A stretch of DNA of 64,000 bases, taken from NCBI GenBank assembly GCA_009786185.1, contig WQTS01000139.1, positions 6,802-70,801 of the forward strand, in the 5' to 3' direction. The position numbers were made by a program, and so were the translations under genes. The notes under the pieces were generated by a model, which saw nothing but the letters and a program-made list of their open reading frames with translations, searched no databases and was not told where the DNA came from. Positions 37,229 to 46,868 of the stretch are shown here, one piece after another. The stretch comes from Bacteroidota bacterium. Its GTDB lineage: Bacteria; Bacteroidota; Bacteroidia; Bacteroidales; WCHB1-69. Position 1 is the first letter of the stretch, and every line of letters begins with the position of its first letter.

Positions 37229-37540
37229 TCATTCCTTTATCATTTTTGAAGGAGTAATTTTTATCACCTTTACAAATTCATCCTCTACATAGAAAATAAC
37301 CGTCCATTTTCCATTTTTAGTAATTATTCTCTTGGCTTGTGGGTGTAATTCAAGTATATTTACATAAGAAGTGGTAGGAATAAATTCCGCTAAATAAGAT
37401 AACATCTCAATCTCTTCTAAAATACGTTTTACATAAGCTTGAGCTGTTTTTTTAGTGTGAATATTTGAAACAAAGTCGGAAATATTTTTAAAATCCTCAT
37501 CAAATACTCTTTGGGCAATGAGAATCCGGTAGTTTTTCAT
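37229..37540 (-). CDS. ParE/RelE-family type II toxin (putative)
   Basis: About 100 aa. The pattern YRILIAQRVFDEDFKNISDFV...AQAYVKRILEEIEML...WTVIFYVEDEFVKVIKI resembles ParE-like toxins. Confidence 0.55.
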   Translation of the reverse strand: MKNYRILIAQRVFDEDFKNISDFVSNIHTKKTAQAYVKRILEEIEMLSYLAEFIPTTSYVNILELHPQAKRIITKNGKWTVIFYVEDEFVKVIKITPSKMIKE

Positions 37541-37679
37541 AGTGAGCAGCAATTTTATCATCTAACATCTTTGAGAAATCTTCGAGTACCATAAAACCTT
37601 GAGGAATAGGCTTATTGGAATTTGCGAAAAAATTTTTTTTATTTTGTTGCTTTCGTAAAGGTATAATGGGGACTTTCAT
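37500..37679 (-). CDS. Possible cognate antitoxin (small ORF overlapping the toxin start)
   Basis: MKVPIIPLRKQQ...FMVLEDFSKMLDDKIAAHYEKL..., about 60 aa, immediately upstream. The 41-nt overlap with the toxin ORF is longer than usual. Confidence 0.3.
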   Translation of the reverse strand: MKVPIIPLRKQQNKKNFFANSNKPIPQGFMVLEDFSKMLDDKIAAHYEKLPDSHCPKSI

Positions 37680-37803
37680 CTGTGAAAATTTTTGGCAAAT
37701 ATACATAATTGGATAAATAATTGCATTGATAAAAATTTTCTCCTTTGCTCCTTTACTAACCCCATAAGACAAAAAACATACTTTTGCCGCAAATTAACAA
37801 AAA

Positions 37804-38880
37804 GTGTCGCGCTACATTTTAAAACGCTTAGGTTACGGGTTGTTGGTAATGTTTGGAGTTATCACGCTGGTGTTCTTTTTGTTCACGGTGTTGCCTTCCG
37901 ATCCGGCGCGCATGATGCTGGGGCAGCGCACCGACCTGGCAACCGAAAATGCCATTCGCAAAGAGTTGGGGCTTGAACTGCCGGTCGGCATTCAATATTT
38001 AGGATATTTGAACGACTTATCACCGCTTTCGTGGTATAAAACCAAAGACACGGAATCGTTTTTCTATTTGAATCCGAATAATTATCAATTCGTAAAAATT
38101 GCTTCTTTTTCAAATTCGGCATTGGTGCTTAAAAAACCATATCTGCGCCGGTCGTTTCAGAGCAAACGGTTAGTAAGTGAAATGATTGGGGAGGCATTTC
38201 CCAAAACTGTATTGTTAGCATTTGTAGCCATTTTCATTGCAATGATTATTGGAATTTTTATCGGGGTGCTGTGCGCGGTTTACAAAGACACATGGTTCGA
38301 CAAAACTGCGCTCTTTTTCTCCGTGCTGGGCATGTCGCTGCCCTCTTTCTTTGCCGCTATTCTGTTTGCTTGGCTATTTGCCTTTGTGCTTGCAGATTAC
38401 ACCGGTTTAAACATGATCGGAAGCCTATATGCCGTTGATGATTACGGCACCGGCGTACATCTAGAATTGAAAAATTTAATTCTCCCTGCAATAACATTAG
38501 GAATCAGACCCTTAGCAGTGGTAGTAGAGCTTACAAAAAACTCTGTTTTAGAGGTGCTCTCGCAAGATTATATTCGAACTGCCAAAGCCAAAGGTCTCCC
38601 CTATCGCACAATTTTAATAAAACACGTCTTGAAAAACGCACTCAATCCGGTAGTTACCGCCATCTCCGGATGGTTAGCCGCACTATTGGCAGGCGCCGTA
38701 TTTGTAGAGTACATTTTCGATTGGAAAGGCATCGGCGTTTTAATGGTAGATGGTTTGGAAAAATACGACTTCCCCGTTGTTATGGGAACGCTACTGTATA
38801 TCTCTATCATTTTAGTGGTTATTAATATTTTATGTGATATTATTTATGGGTGGTTAGATCCGCGGATAAAACTTTCGTAA
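37804..38880 (+). CDS. ABC transporter permease, DppB/OppB (peptide/nickel) family
   Basis: N-terminus YILKRLGYGLLVMFGVITLVFFLF and the EAA-loop region DYIRTAKAKGLPYRTILIKHVLKNAL. GTG start. Confidence 0.85.
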   Translation: MSRYILKRLGYGLLVMFGVITLVFFLFTVLPSDPARMMLGQRTDLATENAIRKELGLELPVGIQYLGYLNDLSPLSWYKTKDTESFFYLNPNNYQFVKIASFSNSALVLKKPYLRRSFQSKRLVSEMIGEAFPKTVLLAFVAIFIAMIIGIFIGVLCAVYKDTWFDKTALFFSVLGMSLPSFFAAILFAWLFAFVLADYTGLNMIGSLYAVDDYGTGVHLELKNLILPAITLGIRPLAVVVELTKNSVLEVLSQDYIRTAKAKGLPYRTILIKHVLKNALNPVVTAISGWLAALLAGAVFVEYIFDWKGIGVLMVDGLEKYDFPVVMGTLLYISIILVVINILCDIIYGWLDPRIKLS

Positions 38881-38937
38881 AGATTGCTAAAAGGCAAATA
38901 TTAAGCAGATATGAGAAATTTTAATGCGTTTTTTCTA

Positions 38938-38979
38938 CTTTTTTATACAAATGTTGTCATTAATGTTATTTTTGGCAAC
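38938..38979 (+). promoter_or_regulatory. Conserved promoter-proximal block containing a TAttTTTG -7 box (copy 1, upstream of grpE)
   Basis: cttttttatacaaatgttgtcattaatgttatttttggcaac matches 46767-46809 at about 37 of 42 positions by eye. Confidence 0.55.
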
Positions 38980-39042
38980 ATTTTTGCTAATAAAAAGCGC
39001 GAAAAAATATGAAGATAAAATTATTCAAAAAGAAAAAAAAGA

Positions 39043-39537
39043 ATGTTTATGAGTAAAAAAAAGAACAACAAAGAGATCGAGCTTAATGAGCAAGTTGAAA
39101 TTCTAAATGCAGAAAAAGCAGAATTAAATGATCGCTTTTTGCGCCTTTATTCAGAATTTGAAAATTATAAAAAACGAACCAACAAGGAAAAATTAGACCT
39201 TATAGCCACCGCTTCAGAAAGAGTTATCTTAGGACTGCTCCCTATTGTGGATGATTACGAAAGAGCCATTAAACACAACCAAAACACAGAAGATATTGCC
39301 ACTTTAAAAGAAGGATTTACGCTTATTTACAGCAAATTATTAACATTATTAAAACGTTTTGAAGTAGAAGAAATCATCGCTTTAGGCGAAATCTTTGATA
39401 CCGATTTGCACGAAGCAGTTACGCATCTTCCCGCACAATGCGAAGAAGATAAAGGAAAAATAATGGACGTTACCGAAAAAGGATACAAGCTGAAAGACAA
39501 GGTGATACGGTTCTCGAAAGTGGTAGTGGCAAATTAG
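39043..39537 (+). CDS. grpE: Nucleotide exchange factor GrpE
   Basis: RLYSEFENYKKRTNKE ... GLLPIVDDYERA ... pattern, directly upstream of dnaJ. Confidence 0.9.
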   Translation: MFMSKKKNNKEIELNEQVEILNAEKAELNDRFLRLYSEFENYKKRTNKEKLDLIATASERVILGLLPIVDDYERAIKHNQNTEDIATLKEGFTLIYSKLLTLLKRFEVEEIIALGEIFDTDLHEAVTHLPAQCEEDKGKIMDVTEKGYKLKDKVIRFSKVVVAN

Positions 39538-39640
39538 GAGAAAGGGAGAAGGGAGAAAATGGGAGAAAGAAGGGAAACGGAAGAATAATCCCCTTCAAAT
39601 TTTGAAGGGGTGGCTCGCGAAGCGAGACGGGGTAGTTTAT
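39536..39640 (+). repeat. Composite repeat (GA-rich tract, CCCCTTCAAATTTTGAAGGGG hairpin, ctcgcgaagcgag hairpin, GGGGTAGTTTATAT) filling the grpE-dnaJ spacer
   Basis: Best-preserved copy of the family also seen at 4590-4640, 24596-24677 and 28041-28155. It ends 16 nt before the dnaJ ATG. Confidence 0.85.
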
Positions 39641-39655
39641 ATTAAAAAAAGTTAA

Positions 39656-40837
39656 ATGAAAAAAGATTATTACGAAATTCTTGGTGTAGAAAAAACTGCA
39701 TCGGCAGATGAACTGAAGAAAGCCTACCGGAAAAAAGCGATGGATTTTCATCCGGATAGAAATCCGGGGAACAAGGAGGCGGAAGAAAAGTTTAAAGAAG
39801 CTGCCGAGGCTTACGATGTGTTAAGCACGCCGGAGAAACGCGCACGCTATGACCAATTTGGGCATGCAGGCATGAGTGGAGCTGCAGGCGGTGGCGGTGG
39901 TGCAGGCTATAATGTTGATTTCGATATGGAAACCATTTTTGAACGTTTTGGCGACCTATTCGGCGGACACTTCGGCGGCGGATTCAGCGGATTTTCGGGC
40001 GGTTTCGGCGGAGGTGGCGGCAGAAGGCAGCAACGCCCTCGCGTGAGAAAAGGTTCTAATCTACGTGTTACCGTAAAATTAACACTGGAAGAGATTGCTA
40101 CCAATACGGAAAAAAAACTGAAAATAAAGAAACAGGTGCCCTGTTCGCAATGCAATGGGCAAGGCACTAAAAATAAAGCCGATGTGGTTACTTGCCCAAA
40201 ATGTAACGGCTCGGGTCATGTAATTCATCAACAACAAAGCATGTTCGGCATCATGCAACAAGCTGTGATGTGTGACCAATGCCACGGAGAAGGAACCATC
40301 ATCAAAAATCCATGTTCAACTTGTCATGGAACAGGAACCGTAAAAGGCGAAGAGGTGGTTGCGATTCAGATTCCGGCAGGTGTGCAAGACGGCATGCAGC
40401 TGTCCATGCGCGAAAAAGGGAATGCAGCACCCAGAGGCGGCATCAACGGCGATTTGGTTGTAGCAATAGAAGAGATTCCGCACGAAACATTTGAGCGCGA
40501 CGGAAATAACTTGTACCTAAATTATTACATCTCATTTCCGCAAGCAGCGTTGGGTGGTAGTGTAGACATTCCTACTTTAGACGGAAAAGCGCGTGTAAAA
40601 TTGGCTGCCGGAACCCAAGGCGGACAAGTGCTCCGCTTACAAGGGAAAGGATTACCCGAGTTGCATTCTAACCGAAAAGGTGATTTAATTGTAAATGTGA
40701 ATGTTTGGACACCCAAAAATCTTTCAAAAGAAGAACGTGAAGCTATCGAAAAGTTCTTAAAATCAGATAACTTTACTCCAAAACCCGGAAAAAACGAAAA
40801 ATCGTTTTTCAATAGGGTGCGGCAATTTTTTACGTAA
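39656..40837 (+). CDS. dnaJ: Molecular chaperone DnaJ
   Basis: J domain (DYYEILGV...HPDRNPGN), G/F-rich region, four CxxCxGxG zinc-finger repeats. Confidence 0.95.
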   Translation: MKKDYYEILGVEKTASADELKKAYRKKAMDFHPDRNPGNKEAEEKFKEAAEAYDVLSTPEKRARYDQFGHAGMSGAAGGGGGAGYNVDFDMETIFERFGDLFGGHFGGGFSGFSGGFGGGGGRRQQRPRVRKGSNLRVTVKLTLEEIATNTEKKLKIKKQVPCSQCNGQGTKNKADVVTCPKCNGSGHVIHQQQSMFGIMQQAVMCDQCHGEGTIIKNPCSTCHGTGTVKGEEVVAIQIPAGVQDGMQLSMREKGNAAPRGGINGDLVVAIEEIPHETFERDGNNLYLNYYISFPQAALGGSVDIPTLDGKARVKLAAGTQGGQVLRLQGKGLPELHSNRKGDLIVNVNVWTPKNLSKEEREAIEKFLKSDNFTPKPGKNEKSFFNRVRQFFT

Positions 40838-40956
40838 ATTGTTGTATGGTTCAAATGTTGGCTGCAATGGCGTAAAGTCCATATTTAATTCTTTCAAATA
40901 ATTTTCTATTTGTTTTTTTATACTTTCGCACGTGGTTCCTAAACATAAAAACCTTA

Positions 40957-42498
40957 ATGAGAAAAATATTACTTTTCTTTACCATTTTAATAACTACAAC
41001 TACCATCTCGCTTGCCCAAGAGCGCTTAGTAACCCGTGGCGCAAACTCCGGCGAATTATATTTAACCACTGATTGGTACGGAATATATCAACCTATGGGA
41101 CCTCCATTTTATGACACCCTGTATAGATCCGTTTTCCGGTTGACCGAAAATGGTAAGAAATTAACCATACCATATTCCTTAAATCTTATAGGTAGCTATC
41201 CCATACATGAAGTAATGTATCCCAGTATTATCCTTGCAGATGCCACACCCGGAGTAGTATATAACAAGTATTCCTATATAAGTGGTAGTAACCGTACGCA
41301 ACTTTGGGTAAGTTTCGATTATGGGAAAAATTGGTTGCTTAGAGAAGACAGTATAGGAAGAAGAAGATTTCATGTAGCAAATGTTGAAGGTTTTATATAT
41401 AGAGCAGGAAGTGATGGAACATACAAAAGCGAAAATTATGGTGATTTTTTCTCTAAAATAGATATTGTGTCCGCAGGGTCTGAACCTGGCTTGCTTAGTG
41501 GGGAAGCTTTTAGTATAGGTACTTACAACTCTTACCAAGGTAGATTTTTACATACATATAATTTTTATGAAACTTATACAGAAGTTCCTTTAGACAGCCA
41601 ATTTGTCTTTGGCAACGTGATGGGTATATTCCCTGATGTTTACCGGGGAGGTAAAGAAGGCGAGGTGTATGTGAGCTCTGCATTTCCGGACGGAACATAC
41701 AGAGTATCTTTTAGCGCAGATATCGGGCAAACTTTTCGTCATGTGCATATTTGTTATGGTTTTGATTGTTTTCTCATAACAGGTAACGGGGTTGAAATAG
41801 CAACCACTTTTATGTCAGACCGCGAGCCGGGCGTTTTTTATATCATCAAAACCTATTGGGTAGAAGATCTAAATCCTTGGGGTTTCCACAAAAAAATTTG
41901 TATTATGTATTACCGGGACTACGGAGAAACATTGGAAGCTACTTTTTGCCACAATATTACTAAAAACTATGAATATAAGGAAGTAAATTGTGATTATGCT
42001 ACCTTGTTAGAATCAAATGTTAATCAAAATTCAATTCAATTACAATGGAACTGTTCGGCAAATAATTCGTACATTCGTGGTTATCATATTTACAGAAACA
42101 ACATGCGCATAACCACCCAATTACTAATGGAATCTACCTACTTAGATGAAAACTTACCTAATGGTAATTATGAGTATTATGTGAGAACGTATTATGTTGA
42201 AGGCTGTGTATCAGACAGTTCAAATCATGTAAGAGAAACTATTGAACTTGGAGTTAAGGAAATTAAGGAATTAGAAGGAGTTATTTTATTACCAAATCCA
42301 ACCACAGGTAAGTTACAAGTTCAAAGTTCAAAGTTTAAAGTGACAAGTGTAGAGGTTTTTGATGTATATGGAAGAAAGCAGAAGGCAGAAAGCAGAAAGC
42401 AGAATGAAATAGATATTTCAGAATTGCAAACAGGTATCTATTTTGTAAGACTTCAAACTGAAAAAGGAATTACAACAAAAAAAATAGTAAAACATTAA
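40957..42498 (+). CDS. T9SS cargo protein with Fn3-like domain
   Basis: Signal peptide, IQLQWNCSANNSYIRGYHIYRNN (Fn3-like), type-A CTD (LLPNPTTGKLQV...VFDVYGRK...TGIYFVRL). Confidence 0.7.
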   Translation: MRKILLFFTILITTTTISLAQERLVTRGANSGELYLTTDWYGIYQPMGPPFYDTLYRSVFRLTENGKKLTIPYSLNLIGSYPIHEVMYPSIILADATPGVVYNKYSYISGSNRTQLWVSFDYGKNWLLREDSIGRRRFHVANVEGFIYRAGSDGTYKSENYGDFFSKIDIVSAGSEPGLLSGEAFSIGTYNSYQGRFLHTYNFYETYTEVPLDSQFVFGNVMGIFPDVYRGGKEGEVYVSSAFPDGTYRVSFSADIGQTFRHVHICYGFDCFLITGNGVEIATTFMSDREPGVFYIIKTYWVEDLNPWGFHKKICIMYYRDYGETLEATFCHNITKNYEYKEVNCDYATLLESNVNQNSIQLQWNCSANNSYIRGYHIYRNNMRITTQLLMESTYLDENLPNGNYEYYVRTYYVEGCVSDSSNHVRETIELGVKEIKELEGVILLPNPTTGKLQVQSSKFKVTSVEVFDVYGRKQKAESRKQNEIDISELQTGIYFVRLQTEKGITTKKIVKH

Positions 42499-42503
42499 CC
42501 ATT

Positions 42504-42911
42504 ATGAAAAAATTATTTATCATTTTAGTATTAATAGGGTTGTTTGTGTCTTTATCTAAAGCACAGCAATGGGTAGGTTTTGCCTCTTCTACTCCAGGAG
42601 TTCCCGAAGTAAATATTCTCAGTTCTAATGCTCAAGGCGTAAGTCTTGAATTATCCATCTCGGGTATTTACACTGTGGATACCATAGTAAACGGAACCGC
42701 TTTTACCCGCTTGGTTTTACCCGGGGGAAACGTTATTAATCCCGCAGGATATCCGGAGTTGCCCGTGTTGAAATATAAAATAGCTATACCAGCGTGTTCC
42801 GGAACAGAAATAGTATATAATGTAGTGTCGCGCACTGCCATGAACTCTTGTTGGGTGATGCCGGTACCCAAAATTATTCCCACTATAATTCAGAGGGTAT
42901 GGAGTATGTGA
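42504..42911 (+). pseudogene. N-terminal fragment (signal peptide plus first half of the C25 propeptide domain) of a frameshifted C25-like gene
   Basis: MKKLFIILVLIGLFVSLSKAQ ... GVSLELSISGIYTVDT..NGTAFTRLVLPGG..GYPELPVLKYKIAIP is the propeptide_C25 pattern. The domain continues in another frame in 42848..46759. Confidence 0.6.
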
Positions 42912-45900
42912 AAGAGTTTGCATTCGACTCTACCGCCTACAATCAGTTCCGTTTGGTTGAGCCGGTTGCCTCGGTTAGATCAAGTGGCTTTTTTCGTTCA
43001 CAGGGCTACATTGAGATCGTGGTAAAACCGATCGAATTTTGTCCTGTTAGCCGACAATTGTCTGTTATTGACAAAGTTGAAATAAACATTAGCTTCACAA
43101 ACCCGCAGGGTGAAATAAGGCAAAATGTTGGTATTTTTAACGGCGTGGCATCTAATACTTTCATTAACTATGAAGACGATGGATTGCGCGCCGGTGCAAA
43201 CGATAAAGCTTTTCTCCAAAAAAACGCTACTCCCGGTAAGGTAAAATGGATTAATCTTTCGGCTCCCGAGCAGGCTGATACTATTGTTGCAGACTACTTG
43301 ATTATTTGCGCCGAGCCATTCTACAATTCTTCCGATACTTCACAAGTAAGTCGTTTGGCAAGACACAGAGCATATTACAATGGATTCGACGTAGCTGTCC
43401 TCAACGTCGAAAATATTATGTCCGACTTATTGGGTTTTGAGTATGAAGGAAATCCAAATGATCCTGATCCTAATAATTGGGATATTTACAAGAAAGAACA
43501 GCGTATCCGCACGTGTATTCGCCGGATTTACGAGGGGCAAAATGCACAGAACATGGGAGATGGTTATTTGGGTTATGTAGTGTTAATTGGCGATGTTCTT
43601 GAAAACAACACTCTTATGCCCACATCGTATGATCATGATTTTCCGCCTTTTGATGGACATATATATAGACCATCAGACTACTATTTTACGTGCATTACTA
43701 AAGATTCTAATGATCAGTACGACAATATGGGTGATTTATTTATTGGTAGAATAAGTGTTGAGAATCATACTCATTTATTTAACATGATTGAAAAGACAAT
43801 ATATTATGAATCCGAGTTTGACCCAAGAAATTGGCGTAAGGCGGCAGGGTTTTCTAATCGTTATGCGGGTTATCCATCCACTCATGAGCTTTTTAACAGC
43901 TATGTGAGAGATATATTAGACGAAATTGGATGGGATTATTATTTTGTAAATAGTTGGGAACAGCCGGGAGGGTTAATTAGGGATTCAACGATTCATTACT
44001 TTAACAAAGGAGTAGCATTTGTTCAATACACGGGCGTAGCGTCACATAGCATAAATTGGGCGGATTTACTTCATTTAGATTTTGAGATGCGGCTAAATAA
44101 TGATTACCAAACTCCCTTTGTTAATACCTACGCCCCCAATACCGGTTCGTTTACCAATTCATATTGGACAACGTTAGGATGCCTAGCTGAGTTTTTAACG
44201 CGCTATTCTCCAACAAAAGGGGCTGTTGGTTATATTGGAGCTTTTGGCGGCTGGGCAGATAGTTTTTTTGAAATCATTGATACTACGGATCTGTATTACA
44301 AAGATATTTATCCATATTTTCTTTGGAAAAAGAAACTTCCCATTGCCGGAGAACTTCTATTAGCTGCAAAAACTCAATGTAAATCTATGCCCAGGTGGTT
44401 TACTTTTGAGGGCAATATACTAGAAGAATCAGGTCCACATATTTTCAATCTTTTCGGTGACCCTGCTCTTAACATCTTAGCTGAGGGATATGAAATAACA
44501 CGCAATGCAACCGCTGACTGTCAAACCACATTATTCGGCACCGTACATATACGTAACGGCGCAACTTTGACAGTTTTATGCGATTTTTATTGTGCCGAAA
44601 ATGCCAATATCGTAGTTCATCCCGGCGGCAAATTAATAGTAAATGGAGGAACTTTAACAAATATACCTAATGGCGACATGTGGCAAGGCATTACCGTCTT
44701 AGGCGACGGCACTTCCAACGTGGCAACACAAGGTTTAGTACAAATAATAAACGGCGGCAAAATCGAAAACACCATCACCGGCATTCACGCCATAGGTGGC
44801 GGAAAGATAGATGCAAACGAGGCACAATTTGTAAACAATAGCATCGCCGTGCAAATAGACCCTGTGGCAGCCACCCTATTGAGAACCTCGGCAAGTTTTA
44901 CAAAGACGCAATTTCTCCTCAACGATAATTATTTAGGAAATTTTTTAGATTTTGAAACCCATTTAAAGCTATCCGACTGCAAACAGGTTACGCTTACAGC
45001 ATGTACACTCTCCAATGAAGCCACCATAAAAAGTTATGCTACAGGAAAAAACACAGGAATTTGGGCGTTCAACGCTCCTTTAACCGTACGGGAAAATTGT
45101 CCATGGTGGTCTCCAATACATTACCCAAGCGGCGAGTGTATGTATCCGGAACGATCTACATTCTCAGGGTTTAACGTTGCCATCTTTGCAACCAATTCGG
45201 GCAAAACGCCATTTGTATCTATCCTGTATAGTGAATTTTCAAACAATCTATACAGTGTAAGACTGAATACCGTAGATTATACAAGATTAATTAAAAATGA
45301 TTTTCAACTCACTCAACACAACTCCTACGGGAGTTATGTAATCAATTCTACAGGGTATGCGATAGAAGAAAACCATTTTAGAGATATTCTGCCTGCCCCA
45401 GGCAAAGTAACCGTAGGATTAACGGTTTCCAATAGTGGCAGCGCTGAAAACGAGGTGTATAAAAATACATTTAGTAATTTGTATGTTGGTCAACAGTTCT
45501 TATGTCAAAACGCTGCACTGATTGGTTTCGATGGTTTAACGTTTCCCGGACTACAAACCTTATGCAATACTTTTAACAATAGCCAATACAGAGATATACT
45601 TGTGGGGGATTTTGGTTTTGGTTCCATATCATCCTGTAGGGATAATACCATTAGGTCATCCCAAGGGAGTTTGCAAAGACCTGCGGGCAATTCATTTAGC
45701 CAAACATTTGCTACTCACTTTGAAAGTCAATCCTCGTATTCCATTACGTATTATTATGGCATAGGTTCAAATGAAAATCCCAATATTTCAGGACTTATTA
45801 CTACATCCTCAACAGGTAGGCAAAGCTCGTGTCCTTCACGTATCGGAGCGCCTCACAGAGGAGAAGGCTTGGAGCATGCTTTAGCCCAATACAATGAATG

Positions 45901-46759
45901 GAATGCCGAATATGAATATTGGCTTGCTAAACTCCTTGCATTTGTAGGCGATAATGAAGAAGGGTATCATGAGGTTTTGCAAATGGTTTCTTATTACAGC
46001 GCATTGAAAGATAATTACTTTAATTCAATTATTGTGGCGGTGATAAATGAGAAGAAAGGAGAAAAGGAGGAAGGAGAAGGAAATTTATATGAAAAATTAA
46101 GATTTCTTTTCGGCTATCGCGGGCATTACACTGATTATCTTTCTATTACAGAAACTTTCTTAGCTGAAAATAATTTTGATGAAACATTAGCAACATTAGC
46201 GAAAATGTATAAACAATTTGAAGTTTCAAAAGAACAAATTTTTGAATTAAAGGGTTTGGAATCTTACGCTCTATGGTTACAACAATTAGAAAAAGAACAA
46301 AAGAGTATCTATAAGTTGTTTGAAAAAGAATTGAATTATTTGATAAATTATGTTGAAACCAACACCGGACGAGGCACAGTATTTGCAAAAAATATTTTGT
46401 GCGAATTATACAATATTTGTATTGAAAATGGAGAAGGCGCGAAAGCGGAAAGCGGTGATGATGAAATGATTGATCTGTGTAAATCTGTTACATCTGTGCC
46501 ATCTGTGTGCGAAAAAAACGCCCTCGAAAATATCACCATTCATCCCAATCCCACTACAGGAGAATTAACAATTTCGAGTACCGGACATCAGATATCGGAT
46601 ATCGAAATTTTTGATGTTTACGGAAGAAAAATATCATCTCACCATCTCTCCTCATCATCTCATCAAAAAATTGACATCTCGCATCTCAATTCCGGCATTT
46701 ATTTTATTAAAGTAATTACAAAACAAGGAAATATAGTTAAGAAAGTGGTGAAACAGTAA
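42848..46759 (+). CDS. C25 (gingipain)-like T9SS protein body with beta-helix-like region and type-A CTD
   Basis: Rest of the propeptide domain (FAFDSTAYNQ...IEIVVKPIEFCPVSRQLSV). C25-like core (ADYLIICAEPFY, VVLIGDV, GAVGYIGAFGG). CTD IHPNPTTGELTI..IFDVYGRK..SGIYFIKV. Only a TTG start, consistent with being the downstream part of a frameshifted gene. Confidence 0.65.
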   Translation: MLGDAGTQNYSHYNSEGMEYVKEFAFDSTAYNQFRLVEPVASVRSSGFFRSQGYIEIVVKPIEFCPVSRQLSVIDKVEINISFTNPQGEIRQNVGIFNGVASNTFINYEDDGLRAGANDKAFLQKNATPGKVKWINLSAPEQADTIVADYLIICAEPFYNSSDTSQVSRLARHRAYYNGFDVAVLNVENIMSDLLGFEYEGNPNDPDPNNWDIYKKEQRIRTCIRRIYEGQNAQNMGDGYLGYVVLIGDVLENNTLMPTSYDHDFPPFDGHIYRPSDYYFTCITKDSNDQYDNMGDLFIGRISVENHTHLFNMIEKTIYYESEFDPRNWRKAAGFSNRYAGYPSTHELFNSYVRDILDEIGWDYYFVNSWEQPGGLIRDSTIHYFNKGVAFVQYTGVASHSINWADLLHLDFEMRLNNDYQTPFVNTYAPNTGSFTNSYWTTLGCLAEFLTRYSPTKGAVGYIGAFGGWADSFFEIIDTTDLYYKDIYPYFLWKKKLPIAGELLLAAKTQCKSMPRWFTFEGNILEESGPHIFNLFGDPALNILAEGYEITRNATADCQTTLFGTVHIRNGATLTVLCDFYCAENANIVVHPGGKLIVNGGTLTNIPNGDMWQGITVLGDGTSNVATQGLVQIINGGKIENTITGIHAIGGGKIDANEAQFVNNSIAVQIDPVAATLLRTSASFTKTQFLLNDNYLGNFLDFETHLKLSDCKQVTLTACTLSNEATIKSYATGKNTGIWAFNAPLTVRENCPWWSPIHYPSGECMYPERSTFSGFNVAIFATNSGKTPFVSILYSEFSNNLYSVRLNTVDYTRLIKNDFQLTQHNSYGSYVINSTGYAIEENHFRDILPAPGKVTVGLTVSNSGSAENEVYKNTFSNLYVGQQFLCQNAALIGFDGLTFPGLQTLCNTFNNSQYRDILVGDFGFGSISSCRDNTIRSSQGSLQRPAGNSFSQTFATHFESQSSYSITYYYGIGSNENPNISGLITTSSTGRQSSCPSRIGAPHRGEGLEHALAQYNEWNAEYEYWLAKLLAFVGDNEEGYHEVLQMVSYYSALKDNYFNSIIVAVINEKKGEKEEGEGNLYEKLRFLFGYRGHYTDYLSITETFLAENNFDETLATLAKMYKQFEVSKEQIFELKGLESYALWLQQLEKEQKSIYKLFEKELNYLINYVETNTGRGTVFAKNILCELYNICIENGEGAKAESGDDEMIDLCKSVTSVPSVCEKNALENITIHPNPTTGELTISSTGHQISDIEIFDVYGRKISSHHLSSSSHQKIDISHLNSGIYFIKVITKQGNIVKKVVKQ
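46474..46511. repeat. TCTGTG-word repeat translated inside the C25-like CDS
   Basis: tctgtgtaaatctgttacatctgtgccatctgtgtgcg is related to 12133-12160. It is read as DLCKSVTSVPSVCEK. A GA-rich tract (gagaagaaaggagaaaaggaggaaggagaagg, about 46050-46082) lies about 400 nt upstream in the same ORF. Confidence 0.6.
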
Positions 46760-46766
46760 AAATTTT

Positions 46767-46809
46767 CACTTTTTTATACAAGTATTGCCATTAATGCTAT
46801 TTTTGCAAC
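46767..46809 (+). promoter_or_regulatory. Conserved promoter-proximal block with TAttTTTG -7 box (copy 2, upstream of dnaX)
   Basis: cacttttttatacaagtattgccattaatgctatttttgcaac; see 38938-38979. Confidence 0.55.
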
Positions 46810-46868
46810 CCACTGTAGGGATGTTGCGCGAAATGTCTCTACAGTAGTGATTATTAAATTGTTACCCC

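Noticed and set aside
38911-39012. Small ORF (MRNFNAFFLLFYTNVVINVIFGN...) over the conserved promoter block, with a similar peptide near 46770
   Set aside because: The second copy has no start codon, since it directly follows the upstream stop in frame. The differences are mostly non-synonymous, so the conservation is at the DNA level.
38881-39042. Search for a CIRCE (TTAGCACTC-N9-GAGTGCTAA) heat-shock operator upstream of grpE
   Set aside because: No match to the inverted repeat was found by eye in this interval.
42300-42410. Low-complexity words inside T9SS CTDs (KLQVQSSKFKVTS, RKQKAESRKQ; also 18470-18505 and 46620-46680) as further in-frame repeat insertions
   Set aside because: All five CTDs in the window have an equivalent strand-loop-strand segment at the same position (for example ELRIKNCGLQIENVEIFD). 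These are normal variable CTD loops, not insertions, although the codon words are repetitive.
42860-42900. Programmed -1 ribosomal frameshift at the C25-like gene junction
   Set aside because: There is no X XXY YYZ slippery heptamer in the zero frame and no obvious downstream stimulatory structure. A mutation or sequencing indel is more likely.
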